Shown in pieces: positions 19,594-29,030 of a stretch of 64,000 nucleotides of DNA; positions within the stretch are counted from its first letter, which is position 1; every line of letters begins with the position of its first letter. The DNA is taken from positions 256,001-320,000 of the forward strand of contig CAWIIQ010000001.1 in NCBI GenBank assembly GCA_963836185.1, read 5' to 3'. This DNA is from Candidatus Krumholzibacteriia bacterium (GTDB lineage: Bacteria > Krumholzibacteriota > Krumholzibacteriia > Krumholzibacteriales > Krumholzibacteriaceae). Below the pieces are notes generated by a model. It saw nothing but the letters and a program-made list of their open reading frames with translations. It was not told the origin of the DNA and ran no database searches. Made by a program: the position numbers and the translations under genes.

Positions 19594-22155
19594 ATGCGTA
19601 AATCAGCCGTACTTATGGTAACCGTGGTCCTCATCGTGGCGATCGGCAGTTCTGTCTGCGCGAAACCATCCGGCACGATCTTTCGCTACCTTTCCCCGAC
19701 GCCCGGCGCCCGGCAGGTCATGCCGCAGAGCACTCTGATATTCAGGCCTGGCGATGATCTGCAGAGATCCGGGACCGTGTGGACCTCATCGACGGTGGTC
19801 ACAGGCTCGGTGAGCGGAGTGCACGAGGGAAGATGGACGAATGCCGATGATTCGCGCACGGTAATATTCAGGCCCGACCGGCCATTTGAATCGGGTGAGA
19901 TCGTGACAGTCTCCTGTGCGTTCGAAGTGGGCGGCGAGAGAGCCGTATATACTCATGATTTCAGGATCGCGCCGAGGATCGTCACGTACACGCCCGATAC
20001 CTTCGATAAGACGGGATCAGGCACGGATGAGATGCCGGCCGAGGCATACAGCGGGGGTTCGCCTCCACTGGATATGTGCAGGAAGAAAGATGGCGATAAA
20101 AAGAAACGCCGGGACTGTCCCGGCACGTACAGCCTTCCCCCTGATTTCCCCACCCCCGAAATAACTGTTTATGACGAGCCGGAAGACGGAAAGCTGTTCC
20201 TGGCCAACATCACTCCGAGGATGTCCGCGCCGGTCGCGTGTTACATGATGATCCTCGAGAAGGACGGCACCCCCTGCTTCTTCAGGAAGATGCCCGGGCG
20301 GATTGTCGATTTCAAGAAACAGCCGTGCGGACTTCTTTCGTACGCCTGGACCAAGCCGGGAGATAACTATTTCCATACGATGGACAACACCTATTCGGCT
20401 GTCGACAGCTATACGACAGTGGACGGTTACGATCTCGACTCACACGATTTTTTGATGCTGCCGAACGGCCATGTAATGCTGATCGGCGATGATCCCGAGA
20501 TCATGGACATGAGCCAGATCGTAGAGGGGGGAGATACGGCCGCTCTCGTGATCGGAAGCGTGATCCAGGAACTCGACGCTGCAAAGAATCTCGTCTTCCA
20601 GTGGCGCACGAGGGATCATTACGACATCCTCGACACGAACACGGACCTGACGGCAGGCCGGATACGCTACTCGCATGTAAATGCGATCGAAGTCGATCAT
20701 GACGGCAACATCATGATATCGAGCAGGCATATGAGCGAGGTCACCAAGATCGACCGGGATACCGGACAGATCATCTGGAGGATGGGAGGGAACAAGAACG
20801 AGTTTACCCTCGAAGGTGATACCCAGTGGTTCTCCCGCCAGCATGATATTCGCCGCCTCGATAACGGGCATGTGACGGTCTATGACAACGGAAACCTGAA
20901 CGATCCCCAGGAGTCGAGGGCCGTCGAGTACGCACTGGACGAGGAGAACATGATCGCGACACGGGTCTGGGAGTTCCGGAACGATCCTCCCATTTACGCC
21001 GGTGCCCAGGGCAGCGCCCGGAGATTGCCGGGAGGGAACACATTGATCGGCTGGGGAAACTGCCGCGAAGTCGACATAACCGAGGTGCGTCCCGACGGTA
21101 CAATTGCCTTCGAATTGATACTGCCCCCGGGATTGAATACCTACAGGGCATTCAAGTACCAGTGGGAGGGAGTCGCCGCAGAGCCTTACGCCTGGGCGGA
21201 TACGACAGGCGGAGAGCTGTGGCTTGACTTCACGAAGTTCGGCGACAGTGAAGTAAACAGGTATTTCGTGTATCGCGGGACATCGCCTTCTCCGGACTGG
21301 AAAGCATACGTGACGTGCGGAAATTCGGTCAGGATCAGGGACTTTGAAGCGGACGAGCCCCTTTACTTCAGGGTGACGGCCGTCGACCGCTGCGGCAATG
21401 TGAGCCCGTACTCCAACGAAGTCGTGATCACTCCCGGATTCGCCGACGACCCGGAAGTAAAGGACGCCATCGTAAAGGTCACACCCTCCACTCTCAATCT
21501 CCTGTCCGAGGGGCGCTGGGTGACCGCGCAGATCGAGTTCCCCTGTGAGAGCGGATTACACGTATCCGATATAGACAGGACATGCATCCTCTTCAACGAT
21601 ACGATCCTCGTCGACCACACAGGCGGGAATGGAAACATAAAGAAATCGGCGAAGAAGAAACTGATGGTCAAGTTTCCCAGGGATGAGATAACAGCGATCC
21701 TTCCAGCCGGCTGCGTTACTGTAAAGGTCAGCGGTTATGTCGGCGAGCTTGCTTTCGAGGCCTTCGACAGTATCATGGTGATCAGCGCTGACAGCTCGTG
21801 TGCCGGAGACGGTGACGAGGACAATGAAGAGGATGTCGCAGAAGGAGAGAAGGAGCGCGGGGAGAGACCCGTCTCTGAAAAGGTCGCGTTGTTCAGAAAC
21901 TTCCCCAACCCGTTCAATCCGATGACGACGATATCGTTCACCCTTTCCGCGTCCTCGCATGTGAACCTCAGCATCTATGACGTCTCAGGAAGGCTCGTCA
22001 GGACCCTCGCGGACCGTACGATCGATGAGGGAACGCACGAGATGACTTGGGACGGCAGAGGCCTTAACGGGGAACAGGCCGCTTCGGGGATCTACTTCTA
22101 CAAGCTCAGGACGGACAGGGAGGTCCTGACGAGGAAGATGGTCCTCTTGAGATGA
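19594..22155 (+). CDS. Arylsulfotransferase (ASST) family protein with Ig, FN3 and FlgD-Ig CTD
   Basis: DSHDF, YSHVNAI, ISSRH.SE..KID, IWRMGG, FSRQHD, YDNGN, GSARRLPGGNTLIGWG; NFPNPFNP...RKMVLLR. Confidence 0.88.
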   Translation: MRKSAVLMVTVVLIVAIGSSVCAKPSGTIFRYLSPTPGARQVMPQSTLIFRPGDDLQRSGTVWTSSTVVTGSVSGVHEGRWTNADDSRTVIFRPDRPFESGEIVTVSCAFEVGGERAVYTHDFRIAPRIVTYTPDTFDKTGSGTDEMPAEAYSGGSPPLDMCRKKDGDKKKRRDCPGTYSLPPDFPTPEITVYDEPEDGKLFLANITPRMSAPVACYMMILEKDGTPCFFRKMPGRIVDFKKQPCGLLSYAWTKPGDNYFHTMDNTYSAVDSYTTVDGYDLDSHDFLMLPNGHVMLIGDDPEIMDMSQIVEGGDTAALVIGSVIQELDAAKNLVFQWRTRDHYDILDTNTDLTAGRIRYSHVNAIEVDHDGNIMISSRHMSEVTKIDRDTGQIIWRMGGNKNEFTLEGDTQWFSRQHDIRRLDNGHVTVYDNGNLNDPQESRAVEYALDEENMIATRVWEFRNDPPIYAGAQGSARRLPGGNTLIGWGNCREVDITEVRPDGTIAFELILPPGLNTYRAFKYQWEGVAAEPYAWADTTGGELWLDFTKFGDSEVNRYFVYRGTSPSPDWKAYVTCGNSVRIRDFEADEPLYFRVTAVDRCGNVSPYSNEVVITPGFADDPEVKDAIVKVTPSTLNLLSEGRWVTAQIEFPCESGLHVSDIDRTCILFNDTILVDHTGGNGNIKKSAKKKLMVKFPRDEITAILPAGCVTVKVSGYVGELAFEAFDSIMVISADSSCAGDGDEDNEEDVAEGEKERGERPVSEKVALFRNFPNPFNPMTTISFTLSASSHVNLSIYDVSGRLVRTLADRTIDEGTHEMTWDGRGLNGEQAASGIYFYKLRTDREVLTRKMVLLR

Positions 22156-22213
22156 TGACAGTCCTCAAGACAGCGGAATAAGTTTGAGAGTTTCGCTATC
22201 GCGCTTTGGAGAG

Positions 22214-22239
22214 AGAGGCGGGCCGCATGGCCCGCCTCT
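22214..22239. terminator. Hairpin between convergent genes
   Basis: AGAGGCGGGCC-GCAT-GGCCCGCCTCT; U-tract is weak. Confidence 0.55.
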
Positions 22240-22260
22240 ACCAGTTAAGCGCGGATGTGT

Positions 22261-22464
22261 CTATTCTGCGGGTGTTTCACTCTCGGAGCAGCATGAATCA
22301 TCCTTGCCCTTGCGGCAGCAGCATTTGTTGTAGAAGAAGCTCATTATGGTCAGAAGCGCTGCCAGGATGATTATTACGATCTTCGCCCAGCCGTGAGCAT
22401 AGAAGAAGAGCGACAGGACGAGGATTCCGGCCGCCATCAGAAAGCGGCAGAAACAGAGTTTCAT
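22261..22464 (-). CDS. Small two-TM membrane protein with Cys-rich tail
   Basis: AGGAGG SD; MKLCFCRF..., two hydrophobic segments, tail KCCCRKGKDDSCC. Confidence 0.7.
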   Translation of the reverse strand: MKLCFCRFLMAAGILVLSLFFYAHGWAKIVIIILAALLTIMSFFYNKCCCRKGKDDSCCSESETPAE

Positions 22465-22614
22465 ATCGGTCACCTCCTGGTTAATGCCATTGTGGATATT
22501 GAAAACCTCTTATCCTGACCTTTCAAGTAAAAAATGGAGATATCACATGGAGTTGAAAACAGATTGAAACATATCCATATGAGGGTAGTATTCAGTTGAG
22601 TGCGGGGGGAAGTA

Positions 22615-24153
22615 ATGAAAGGATTTCGATTTATGAAGGTACCTGGTGCAATCTCTTGTCGATCATTAATGATGGCTGTAATTATCGCTGTCACTCTATT
22701 GTCAATATCCGGGTGCAACGGAGGCGATTCAGGTTCCGGTGGAGGCAGAATACAGTTCCAGATAACATATGCTGATTCCGTCTGCAATGGTCCGCTCGAC
22801 GGCAGGCTCTTCGTGCTGCTCGACTCGAACCTGAAGGGCAATCCGCTCTTCGGTCCGAACCCCGCCGATCCGGAGCCGATCCTCGCGGCCGATTTCAGAA
22901 ACTGGAAGCCGGGCGAGGATATCGTGCTGGGAGACGGTGCGGATGCGTATCCTTTCAGGGCCTCTGACATTCCTGCCGGAAAGTATGTCATCCGTGTAGT
23001 CGCCGACGTCAACACCGTCGAGCGAAGTTTCGCCCTGGCAAAGGGGAATCTGCTCAATGCTGCTGATACGATCGAGATCCCCGGACATGGAAGCGCGGTC
23101 TTCGAGATCGACCTGGTCCGCGGCTTTGACGGATTCAAGATTGAAGAAACAGAGGATGTGAAGGAAGTCAGGCTCGAAAGCGCCCTTCTAAGCAATTTCT
23201 ACGGGAAGCCGGCGTATATAGAAGCGGCGATCGTTCTTCCGCCGTCATATCAGGAAAGTCCAGCGAAACGGTATGCGGCTGTCTATGTGCTGCCCGGCTG
23301 GGGATCGACGCATCATTCGATTCAGTGGGGAGATTTTCAGAGAAAACGTTACGGGATGAACACCGCGGGTGAGGAGAAGATCTTTATCTTCCTCAACCAG
23401 GAATGCGTCAACGGATATCACGGATTTGCCGACTCGGACAACAACGGTCCGCGAGGGGCATCGCTGGTCGAAGAATTCATCCCGTATATCGAAGAGAAGT
23501 TCCGCGTGATCCCGTCGCCGGCGGGCCGTTTCCTCGTGGGGCAGTCCTCGGGTGCCTGGGCGGCGCTCTGGCTGCAGATCAGCTACCCGGGAGTCTTTGC
23601 GGGCGCCTTTGCCGCATCACCCGACCCGGTCGATTTCCGTGATTTCGGCGGTATCAATATCTATGAGCCCGGCGCGAACTATTTCTATGACAAGGATGGC
23701 GAACTGATCGGGTCGAATGAGATCTCGTCCGACCTGGAGGAAGTGACCGGGCCGGGCGGACAGCTCTACTCCTTCGAGGCCGTTTTCGGCGGCAGGAGGG
23801 AGGATGGCAGGCCAGAGATGCTCTGGGACAGGGAGACGGGAGCGGTCGATTCTGCGGTAGTCGAGCAGTGGAGACGTTACGATATCCGGCTCGTACTGAA
23901 GGACGCGTGGCCGCAGGTCGGTGATCTGCTCGCCGGAAAGATCCATATCTATGTCGCCGCTGATGACGATTACGGGCTGGACGGCCCCGTAAGGCTGCTC
24001 GAAGAAGCCGCAAAGACCGGGAACTGGGATATCGACATGACTTTCTTCGAGGAGGGCGGTCACAATATCTGGAACGACGCGCTGCGGGAACGGATTCATT
24101 CCGCGATAGACAGCACAGTCGAGACAGAGCATCAGGAAATAAAGGAGAGATGA
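22615..24153 (+). CDS. Lipoprotein alpha/beta hydrolase (enterochelin-esterase-like)
   Basis: Lipobox ISGC; VLPPSY, FADSDNNGP, nucleophile GQSSG, SPDPVDF, GGH. Confidence 0.85.
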   Translation: MKGFRFMKVPGAISCRSLMMAVIIAVTLLSISGCNGGDSGSGGGRIQFQITYADSVCNGPLDGRLFVLLDSNLKGNPLFGPNPADPEPILAADFRNWKPGEDIVLGDGADAYPFRASDIPAGKYVIRVVADVNTVERSFALAKGNLLNAADTIEIPGHGSAVFEIDLVRGFDGFKIEETEDVKEVRLESALLSNFYGKPAYIEAAIVLPPSYQESPAKRYAAVYVLPGWGSTHHSIQWGDFQRKRYGMNTAGEEKIFIFLNQECVNGYHGFADSDNNGPRGASLVEEFIPYIEEKFRVIPSPAGRFLVGQSSGAWAALWLQISYPGVFAGAFAASPDPVDFRDFGGINIYEPGANYFYDKDGELIGSNEISSDLEEVTGPGGQLYSFEAVFGGRREDGRPEMLWDRETGAVDSAVVEQWRRYDIRLVLKDAWPQVGDLLAGKIHIYVAADDDYGLDGPVRLLEEAAKTGNWDIDMTFFEEGGHNIWNDALRERIHSAIDSTVETEHQEIKER

Positions 24154-24950
24154 TGGAAAGAGTATTGCGCCGGATATGCCTGCTGTCGGCAACGGCAGCG
24201 CTGCTGGTGACGGTTTCTTTTTCGGATTCGTCAGCAGAGAAGCCTGTGCTGACCGAAGAACAGCGGGCACGGGTCGAGAAGGCTATCGAAAAGGCGAAAG
24301 CTTCTCTCGGAGATAAGCTGCTCACGACAGCCGACGAAGTTATCACCATGCACGTTGATGCTATCGGCGGGAGAGAAGCGATAGAGTCGGTCCGTACGAT
24401 GATGTACCGCGGCAGGAACATTGTGCTGCTCAGCGAGGAGAGGCCGATCGAGCGGTACTTCAGCACCCCGGACCTGTTGCGCCAGCAGAGGCCGGGCGGA
24501 GATAGTTACACATTATCAAATGGTGAAAAAGTTTACGGAGTAAGCTCCCGGGGCAGTATGGAGATGACGCAGGCCTGGGTGCCCGAGCTCAAGCACGCCC
24601 GGATCGACGGCAATTTCCTCGATTATTCCGAACGTGGGATAACATACGAGTATCTCGGTCTTCACGCCGTCTATACCGAGCCGACCGTCTTCTATCACCT
24701 GCGCAGGGATTTCGGGGACGGGCATGTAGATGAGCTGTACTTCGACGTAGAGACAGGCCTGCTGCGGATGACATACGTGCCGGCAACGGAATCATTCCGC
24801 GCGTACTACGATTTCAGGGAGGCTGGAGGGATGCTGTTCCCGCACATGTGGATGCGTCTCTTCGGCGAACAGACACCTCCGCACCTTTTCATCATCGACG
24901 AGGTGAGGGTCAACGAGGAATATGACGATTCATTCTTCGCGGTGCCATAA
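24150..24950 (+). CDS. Exported LolA-like / DUF620-like protein
   Basis: Signal peptide; EVI..HVDAIGGREA, LYFDVETGLL, YYDFREAGGMLFPH, VRVN...DDSFF; overlaps the esterase stop. Confidence 0.7.
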   Translation: MMERVLRRICLLSATAALLVTVSFSDSSAEKPVLTEEQRARVEKAIEKAKASLGDKLLTTADEVITMHVDAIGGREAIESVRTMMYRGRNIVLLSEERPIERYFSTPDLLRQQRPGGDSYTLSNGEKVYGVSSRGSMEMTQAWVPELKHARIDGNFLDYSERGITYEYLGLHAVYTEPTVFYHLRRDFGDGHVDELYFDVETGLLRMTYVPATESFRAYYDFREAGGMLFPHMWMRLFGEQTPPHLFIIDEVRVNEEYDDSFFAVP

Positions 24951-24961
24951 GGCTATACGTT

Positions 24962-25843
24962 TCAACGCTCAGGTTTCGGCGCGTCCGGGTTCATCACCCA
25001 CAGGACATTGACGATCTTCCACTCGCCGTTGATCTTAGCGAGCTGGAGATAATCGTAGAACATCGCCGACAGCACCTCGACCACCGCGATGTCGTCGCCG
25101 TAGTCGAAAACGGTCATCGAGATATTCCTCTTGCCTTCGTCGACCTTGCCGTTGCCTGTAGCGGTCGCCTCTATCAGGTAGCTGGCCCCGATCTTGTCGA
25201 GATACATCTTGCCGGTCTTCTGCATCGTCTTCGGCCAGACCTTGTTCAGTTCCGGATGGATAGCCTTCGCCATCCGTTCGGCGTCGCCGGTGTAATAACC
25301 CTCGAGGTAGTTCAACGCCGCCGCCTCGATCGCCCTCTTCTCGGCGATGGCGTCGAAAGGTTCCTTTCCCTCAAGCATTTCGGGCCTGTTCTTCTCGACC
25401 CACTCGGGATTCATCTTCCACATGACATTGATGATCTTCCACTGACCGTCGATATCGGCGAGCAGGAGATAATCGTAAAACATGCTCGAAGTGATTTTGA
25501 CCGCGGCGATTCCGTCGCGTACTGCGAAGATCTCATGCTTGATGTCCCTTTCGGCCTCGGGCAGCGGGGCGGCGTTCGCCCGGATCAATTCGATGAGTCT
25601 TGTGGCTCCGGCCTTCTGGATTATGTCCTTGCCGCTCGGCATCCGCCTGACGGTGACTTTGGTCAGCTCGGGGTGGACCGCCCGCTCCATTCTCGCCGCG
25701 TCACCGGCATGCGCGCCGTCCATGTAGTCCATCGCTGCCTGTGTGACAGCTTTCTTTGTCGCATCATCGATCTCGGCACGGGCCGGAACGGCAAACTGGA
25801 AAGAGATCGATAATACCAGTAAAACGAATGCGATCCTCTTCAT
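24962..25843 (-). CDS. Exported NTF2-like protein with tandem Lumazine_bd_2-type domains
   Basis: Two internal repeats: A..Y.EG...GDA.RM..A.HPEL.KV ... YDYL.LA.I.G.WKI.NV.W. Confidence 0.85.
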   Translation of the reverse strand: MKRIAFVLLVLSISFQFAVPARAEIDDATKKAVTQAAMDYMDGAHAGDAARMERAVHPELTKVTVRRMPSGKDIIQKAGATRLIELIRANAAPLPEAERDIKHEIFAVRDGIAAVKITSSMFYDYLLLADIDGQWKIINVMWKMNPEWVEKNRPEMLEGKEPFDAIAEKRAIEAAALNYLEGYYTGDAERMAKAIHPELNKVWPKTMQKTGKMYLDKIGASYLIEATATGNGKVDEGKRNISMTVFDYGDDIAVVEVLSAMFYDYLQLAKINGEWKIVNVLWVMNPDAPKPER

Positions 25844-26065
25844 CTGAACGCTCCTTTCGCGACAAGTCGCGCAATTGTGAAATGTACATGTTTGAAATCC
25901 CTACGCTGTTTTCTGATTATACGTTGAAAAAGGCGCAAAGTTTTAGGCAATACTGCCAGAAATTTATTGAAATATTCCCTGATCCGGGTAAGAATGCGCT
26001 CTTTGTGGGTCTATAAGCGGTTTTTTACAGTTTCCAGTTCCGAAAAACACATCCAGGGAGGGTTT

Positions 26066-26965
26066 ATGCACCAGGCAGAGACTGCAGCGTTCCTTAATCA
26101 GAAGGGCGGAGTAGGCAAGACCACGTCGGTCGTCAATGTCGGCGCGGGATTGTCCATCCTCGGCAAAAAGGTCCTTATCATCGATCTCGACCCGCAGGGC
26201 CACCTGACGAGTTTTCTCGGGATCGGTCCGGATGAGGTCGACTATACGATATACGATGTGATGAGGGGGAGGGTCCATCCGCGCGATGCTATCATCTCAA
26301 GGCCCCTGCGTGCGCGTATCTATATAGGTGATGATGAGACGCAGCTTTCGATATCGGTGATCCCGGCAGCGCTCGACCTGTCGGATGCGGACACGGCTTT
26401 TGCGAACACATTTGAACGCGAACACCTGCTCAAAAGGGCCATTGCGAGGATCAACAGCGATTACGACTACATCATCTTCGACTGCCCGCCGAGCCTCGGG
26501 CTGATCACGGTCAACGCTCTCGTTGCTTCGAAGAAGGTTTTTATCCCTATCCAGACCGAGTATCTCGCGCTTAAGAGTCTCGAAAGCCTTATGGAAAAGA
26601 TCGAGTCTGTGATGACAGAGCTGAATCCCGACCTGACGATCGGCGGCATCATCGCGACACGCTACGACGGCAGGAAGGTGCTGAGCCGCACGGTCGTCGA
26701 AGCTTTGAAGGAACAGTACGGCGCACTTCTTCTCGATACGGTGATCAGGGAGAACATCGTTCTCGCCGAGTCGCCGAGGTTCGGGAAGGACGTCTTCAGC
26801 TACCGTCCGAGGAGCTATGGGATGGAAGATTATCTCAACCTCTCGCTCGAGATCATGGGCAGGATAGCGGCGGCGAACACACTCTTCTCCGTTGAGCGCG
26901 GCGTGATCAGAAGCAAGGTCGACGATGCCGTCTCCGGCATAGAAGGTGTCATCAGCAATAATTGA
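26066..26965 (+). CDS. ParA/Soj family ATPase (orphan, no adjacent ParB)
   Basis: NQKGGVGKTT, IDLDPQG, DCPPSLG..TVNAL, IPIQTEY.AL, IRENI.LAESP. Confidence 0.92.
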   Translation: MHQAETAAFLNQKGGVGKTTSVVNVGAGLSILGKKVLIIDLDPQGHLTSFLGIGPDEVDYTIYDVMRGRVHPRDAIISRPLRARIYIGDDETQLSISVIPAALDLSDADTAFANTFEREHLLKRAIARINSDYDYIIFDCPPSLGLITVNALVASKKVFIPIQTEYLALKSLESLMEKIESVMTELNPDLTIGGIIATRYDGRKVLSRTVVEALKEQYGALLLDTVIRENIVLAESPRFGKDVFSYRPRSYGMEDYLNLSLEIMGRIAAANTLFSVERGVIRSKVDDAVSGIEGVISNN

Positions 26966-26992
26966 TCGGAATCGTTCCTGCAGATTCCGCGA

Positions 26993-27026
26993 AAAGGGGC
27001 ATGCGTTCAACGCATGCCCCTTCTTT
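26993..27026. terminator. Bidirectional intrinsic terminator
   Basis: AAGGGGCATGCG-TTCAA-CGCATGCCCCTT then CTTT. Confidence 0.85.
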
Positions 27027-27049
27027 ATGGGTCGTATTGTGAGGCGGGG

Positions 27050-27933
27050 TCAGTCGATGCAGTCGACATCGTGCTGCGTGCCGTTCCAGCAGGAGCGCTC
27101 TCCGCCGCGGTAATCCGGCCATTCGATGTATCCCGAGCCGTCGAAGCGCCAGAGGATCGTGCCCGTGTTCTCCTTCTCCGCGTCATAGAAGACGACAGAT
27201 GAGTATTCGGGGAGCTCCTCGAAGGTCAGCGTGCTTCCTTCCGCGGGATCGCCGGCTTTGTTGACGAGCAGGATCAGGCTGTTCCCGTTCATGCCGCCGT
27301 CGGCCCAGTCGATTCTGATGCTCTTAATGCCGGGAGTGGCGAGGGCCATCGCCTCAGTCTCTTCTTCAACCGGCTCGTAGAACTGCCAGTATCCTCCACT
27401 GTCATCACTTTCGATCTCACCGGCGAACCAGGTGAAGTGGTCCAGGGGCATTTCCGGGTCGTTCGATGAGACATCGAGGTGCCAGCTCGAATATGTCCCC
27501 TCGTCCTTGCCGTACAGATATATCGCGTACTCGTTGGCACCCTCGACGACTATGTATGTCCAGAGCCACGAGCCGTCGTCCTGCGGCTGCGGAACGGAAC
27601 GTATCGCGAGCTGGAAGGCGACGACCGGCTCGACGAGAGCCGAGTAGACTACGACGTCGAGAAAGAGGACCCGTACCGCGGCGTTGAGGAAGTTGAGGTG
27701 CGTTCCATCCATCGCAACGGCGTCGAGCGCGTCGAGTTTGCCGGCCTCTATCGTCTGGGGGGGAGATCCGCCGACTCGAAGAAGCCGACATCGAGCTTCA
27801 TCGTCTCGATCGAAGGAAGGTCCGGGGCCTGCTGCTCATCCATGGCGACCGGGTTGTCGTCGGTCGAGCATCCTGCGAGCACCAGGGCGGCGAGCAGGAC
27901 CGTAAGGCTGATGATGTTCAGTCGCTTTCTCAT
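27050..27933 (-). pseudogene. Lipoprotein gene frameshifted at a C7 tract (phase-variable, pseudogene or sequence error)
   Basis: AAGGAGG SD and lipoprotein signal (LAGC) at 27933. The frame stops at 27748 just after G7 (27757-63). One extra C gives DLPPQTIEAGKLD..., joining ORF 27050..27712. Confidence 0.75.
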
Positions 27934-27988
27934 CTTGTGTCCTCCTTTGAAGGGCGGGTAATCTTTTGCGACTCTCAATATAAGCAAT

Positions 27989-28004
27989 CGCAGGGAGCGT
28001 GCCA
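27989..28004 (-). promoter_or_regulatory. Sigma54 promoter of the lipoprotein gene
   Basis: TGGCACGCTCCCTGCG (GG-N10-GC); IHF-like AT tract at ~28018-28041 upstream. Confidence 0.7.
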
Positions 28005-28160
28005 GTATGCGATTCTGTAACACGTTGTGATATAAGGTTATATGAAGTGCCGCAAAAACGGGGATGAGTGGCGGAAATTCACGGGTGTTGCTGAAAAACA
28101 ACGATGCCGGCTGTGCCGGCATCGTCAGGACAAGGTTCTGCTGAATGTTTCAGGAATCAT

Positions 28161-28817
28161 CTAGAAGTTATACGAGAACGAGAGTCCCAGCGTCGTCAGG
28201 GAGCCTTCCTCGTCGACCTCGAAGGAGTATTCATCGCTTCCGAGGGCGATCGTCGCCGTGTCGTACTGGATGATATTGGTCGTCAGGTCGAGCCCGATAG
28301 CGAAGTGCGAGGTGAAGAAGTAATTGAATCCGGCACCGATCGCGACACCGCCTCCATTGAGACGAGCCGCCGCGTCGCCGTAAGCGACCTCGAGGCTGTG
28401 GCCGCCGAGCCCGAACTTTATGAAGGGCCGGAAGGCGCTGTGAGGTGAGAACCTGTAGTACCCCAGGAGCCAGAGCGAGTAGATGTTGGCGTCGATTTCC
28501 TGTACAGATGTTTCGTGGTTCGAGGTGCCGATGGCGAATTCGAGGGAGAAGGCCCTGTTGAAACGGTAGCCGATATCGAACTGTACGCCTCCGCCATCGT
28601 CCTTGATGAAGAAAGAATCTTCACCCTTGTCCTCTGCATGAAGCGAGGATCCCACGAACTTCAGCCCGAGATAAATCCCGCTCTTGTCCTCGACGTACTT
28701 CGCGCTCGTAGAATCTGCCGGATCGTGCGCCGATGCCCCCGCCGTGAGCAGAGCCGTCATGACAAATGTAAGGGTCGTCGCTTTTACCGTTTTTCTTATT
28801 CTTTCCATCGTATTCAT
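28161..28817 (-). CDS. OmpA/OmpW-like 8-stranded outer-membrane beta-barrel
   Basis: Signal peptide; SGIYLG, IGYRFN, RPFIKFGLG, GAGFNYF, terminal LSFSYNF. Confidence 0.85.
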   Translation of the reverse strand: MNTMERIRKTVKATTLTFVMTALLTAGASAHDPADSTSAKYVEDKSGIYLGLKFVGSSLHAEDKGEDSFFIKDDGGGVQFDIGYRFNRAFSLEFAIGTSNHETSVQEIDANIYSLWLLGYYRFSPHSAFRPFIKFGLGGHSLEVAYGDAAARLNGGGVAIGAGFNYFFTSHFAIGLDLTTNIIQYDTATIALGSDEYSFEVDEEGSLTTLGLSFSYNF

Positions 28818-28873
28818 CCTCGTTCCTTTCGCTGTCGTATCCGGACCGGTTTATAAGTTCCGGTGACAGTTAC

Positions 28874-28889
28874 TACAAGAGGAGTGCCA
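28874..28889 (-). promoter_or_regulatory. Sigma54-like promoter of the beta-barrel gene
   Basis: TGGCACTCCTCTTGTA (-12 element GT instead of GC); TGT...ACA-type boxes at ~28970-29030. Confidence 0.55.
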
Positions 28890-29030
28890 TAATCCGCTCT
28901 TAGTGTAAAAACTGAAGCGTCTGTGTAAGGTCCTATAATTATTCATCTTATCTTTCTCTGCCAGGGGCTGTGTCATCCAGTGTTTCAGCACGGAACCTGT
29001 TGCCTCTTATCACACTGTGTTCTCACGGTA

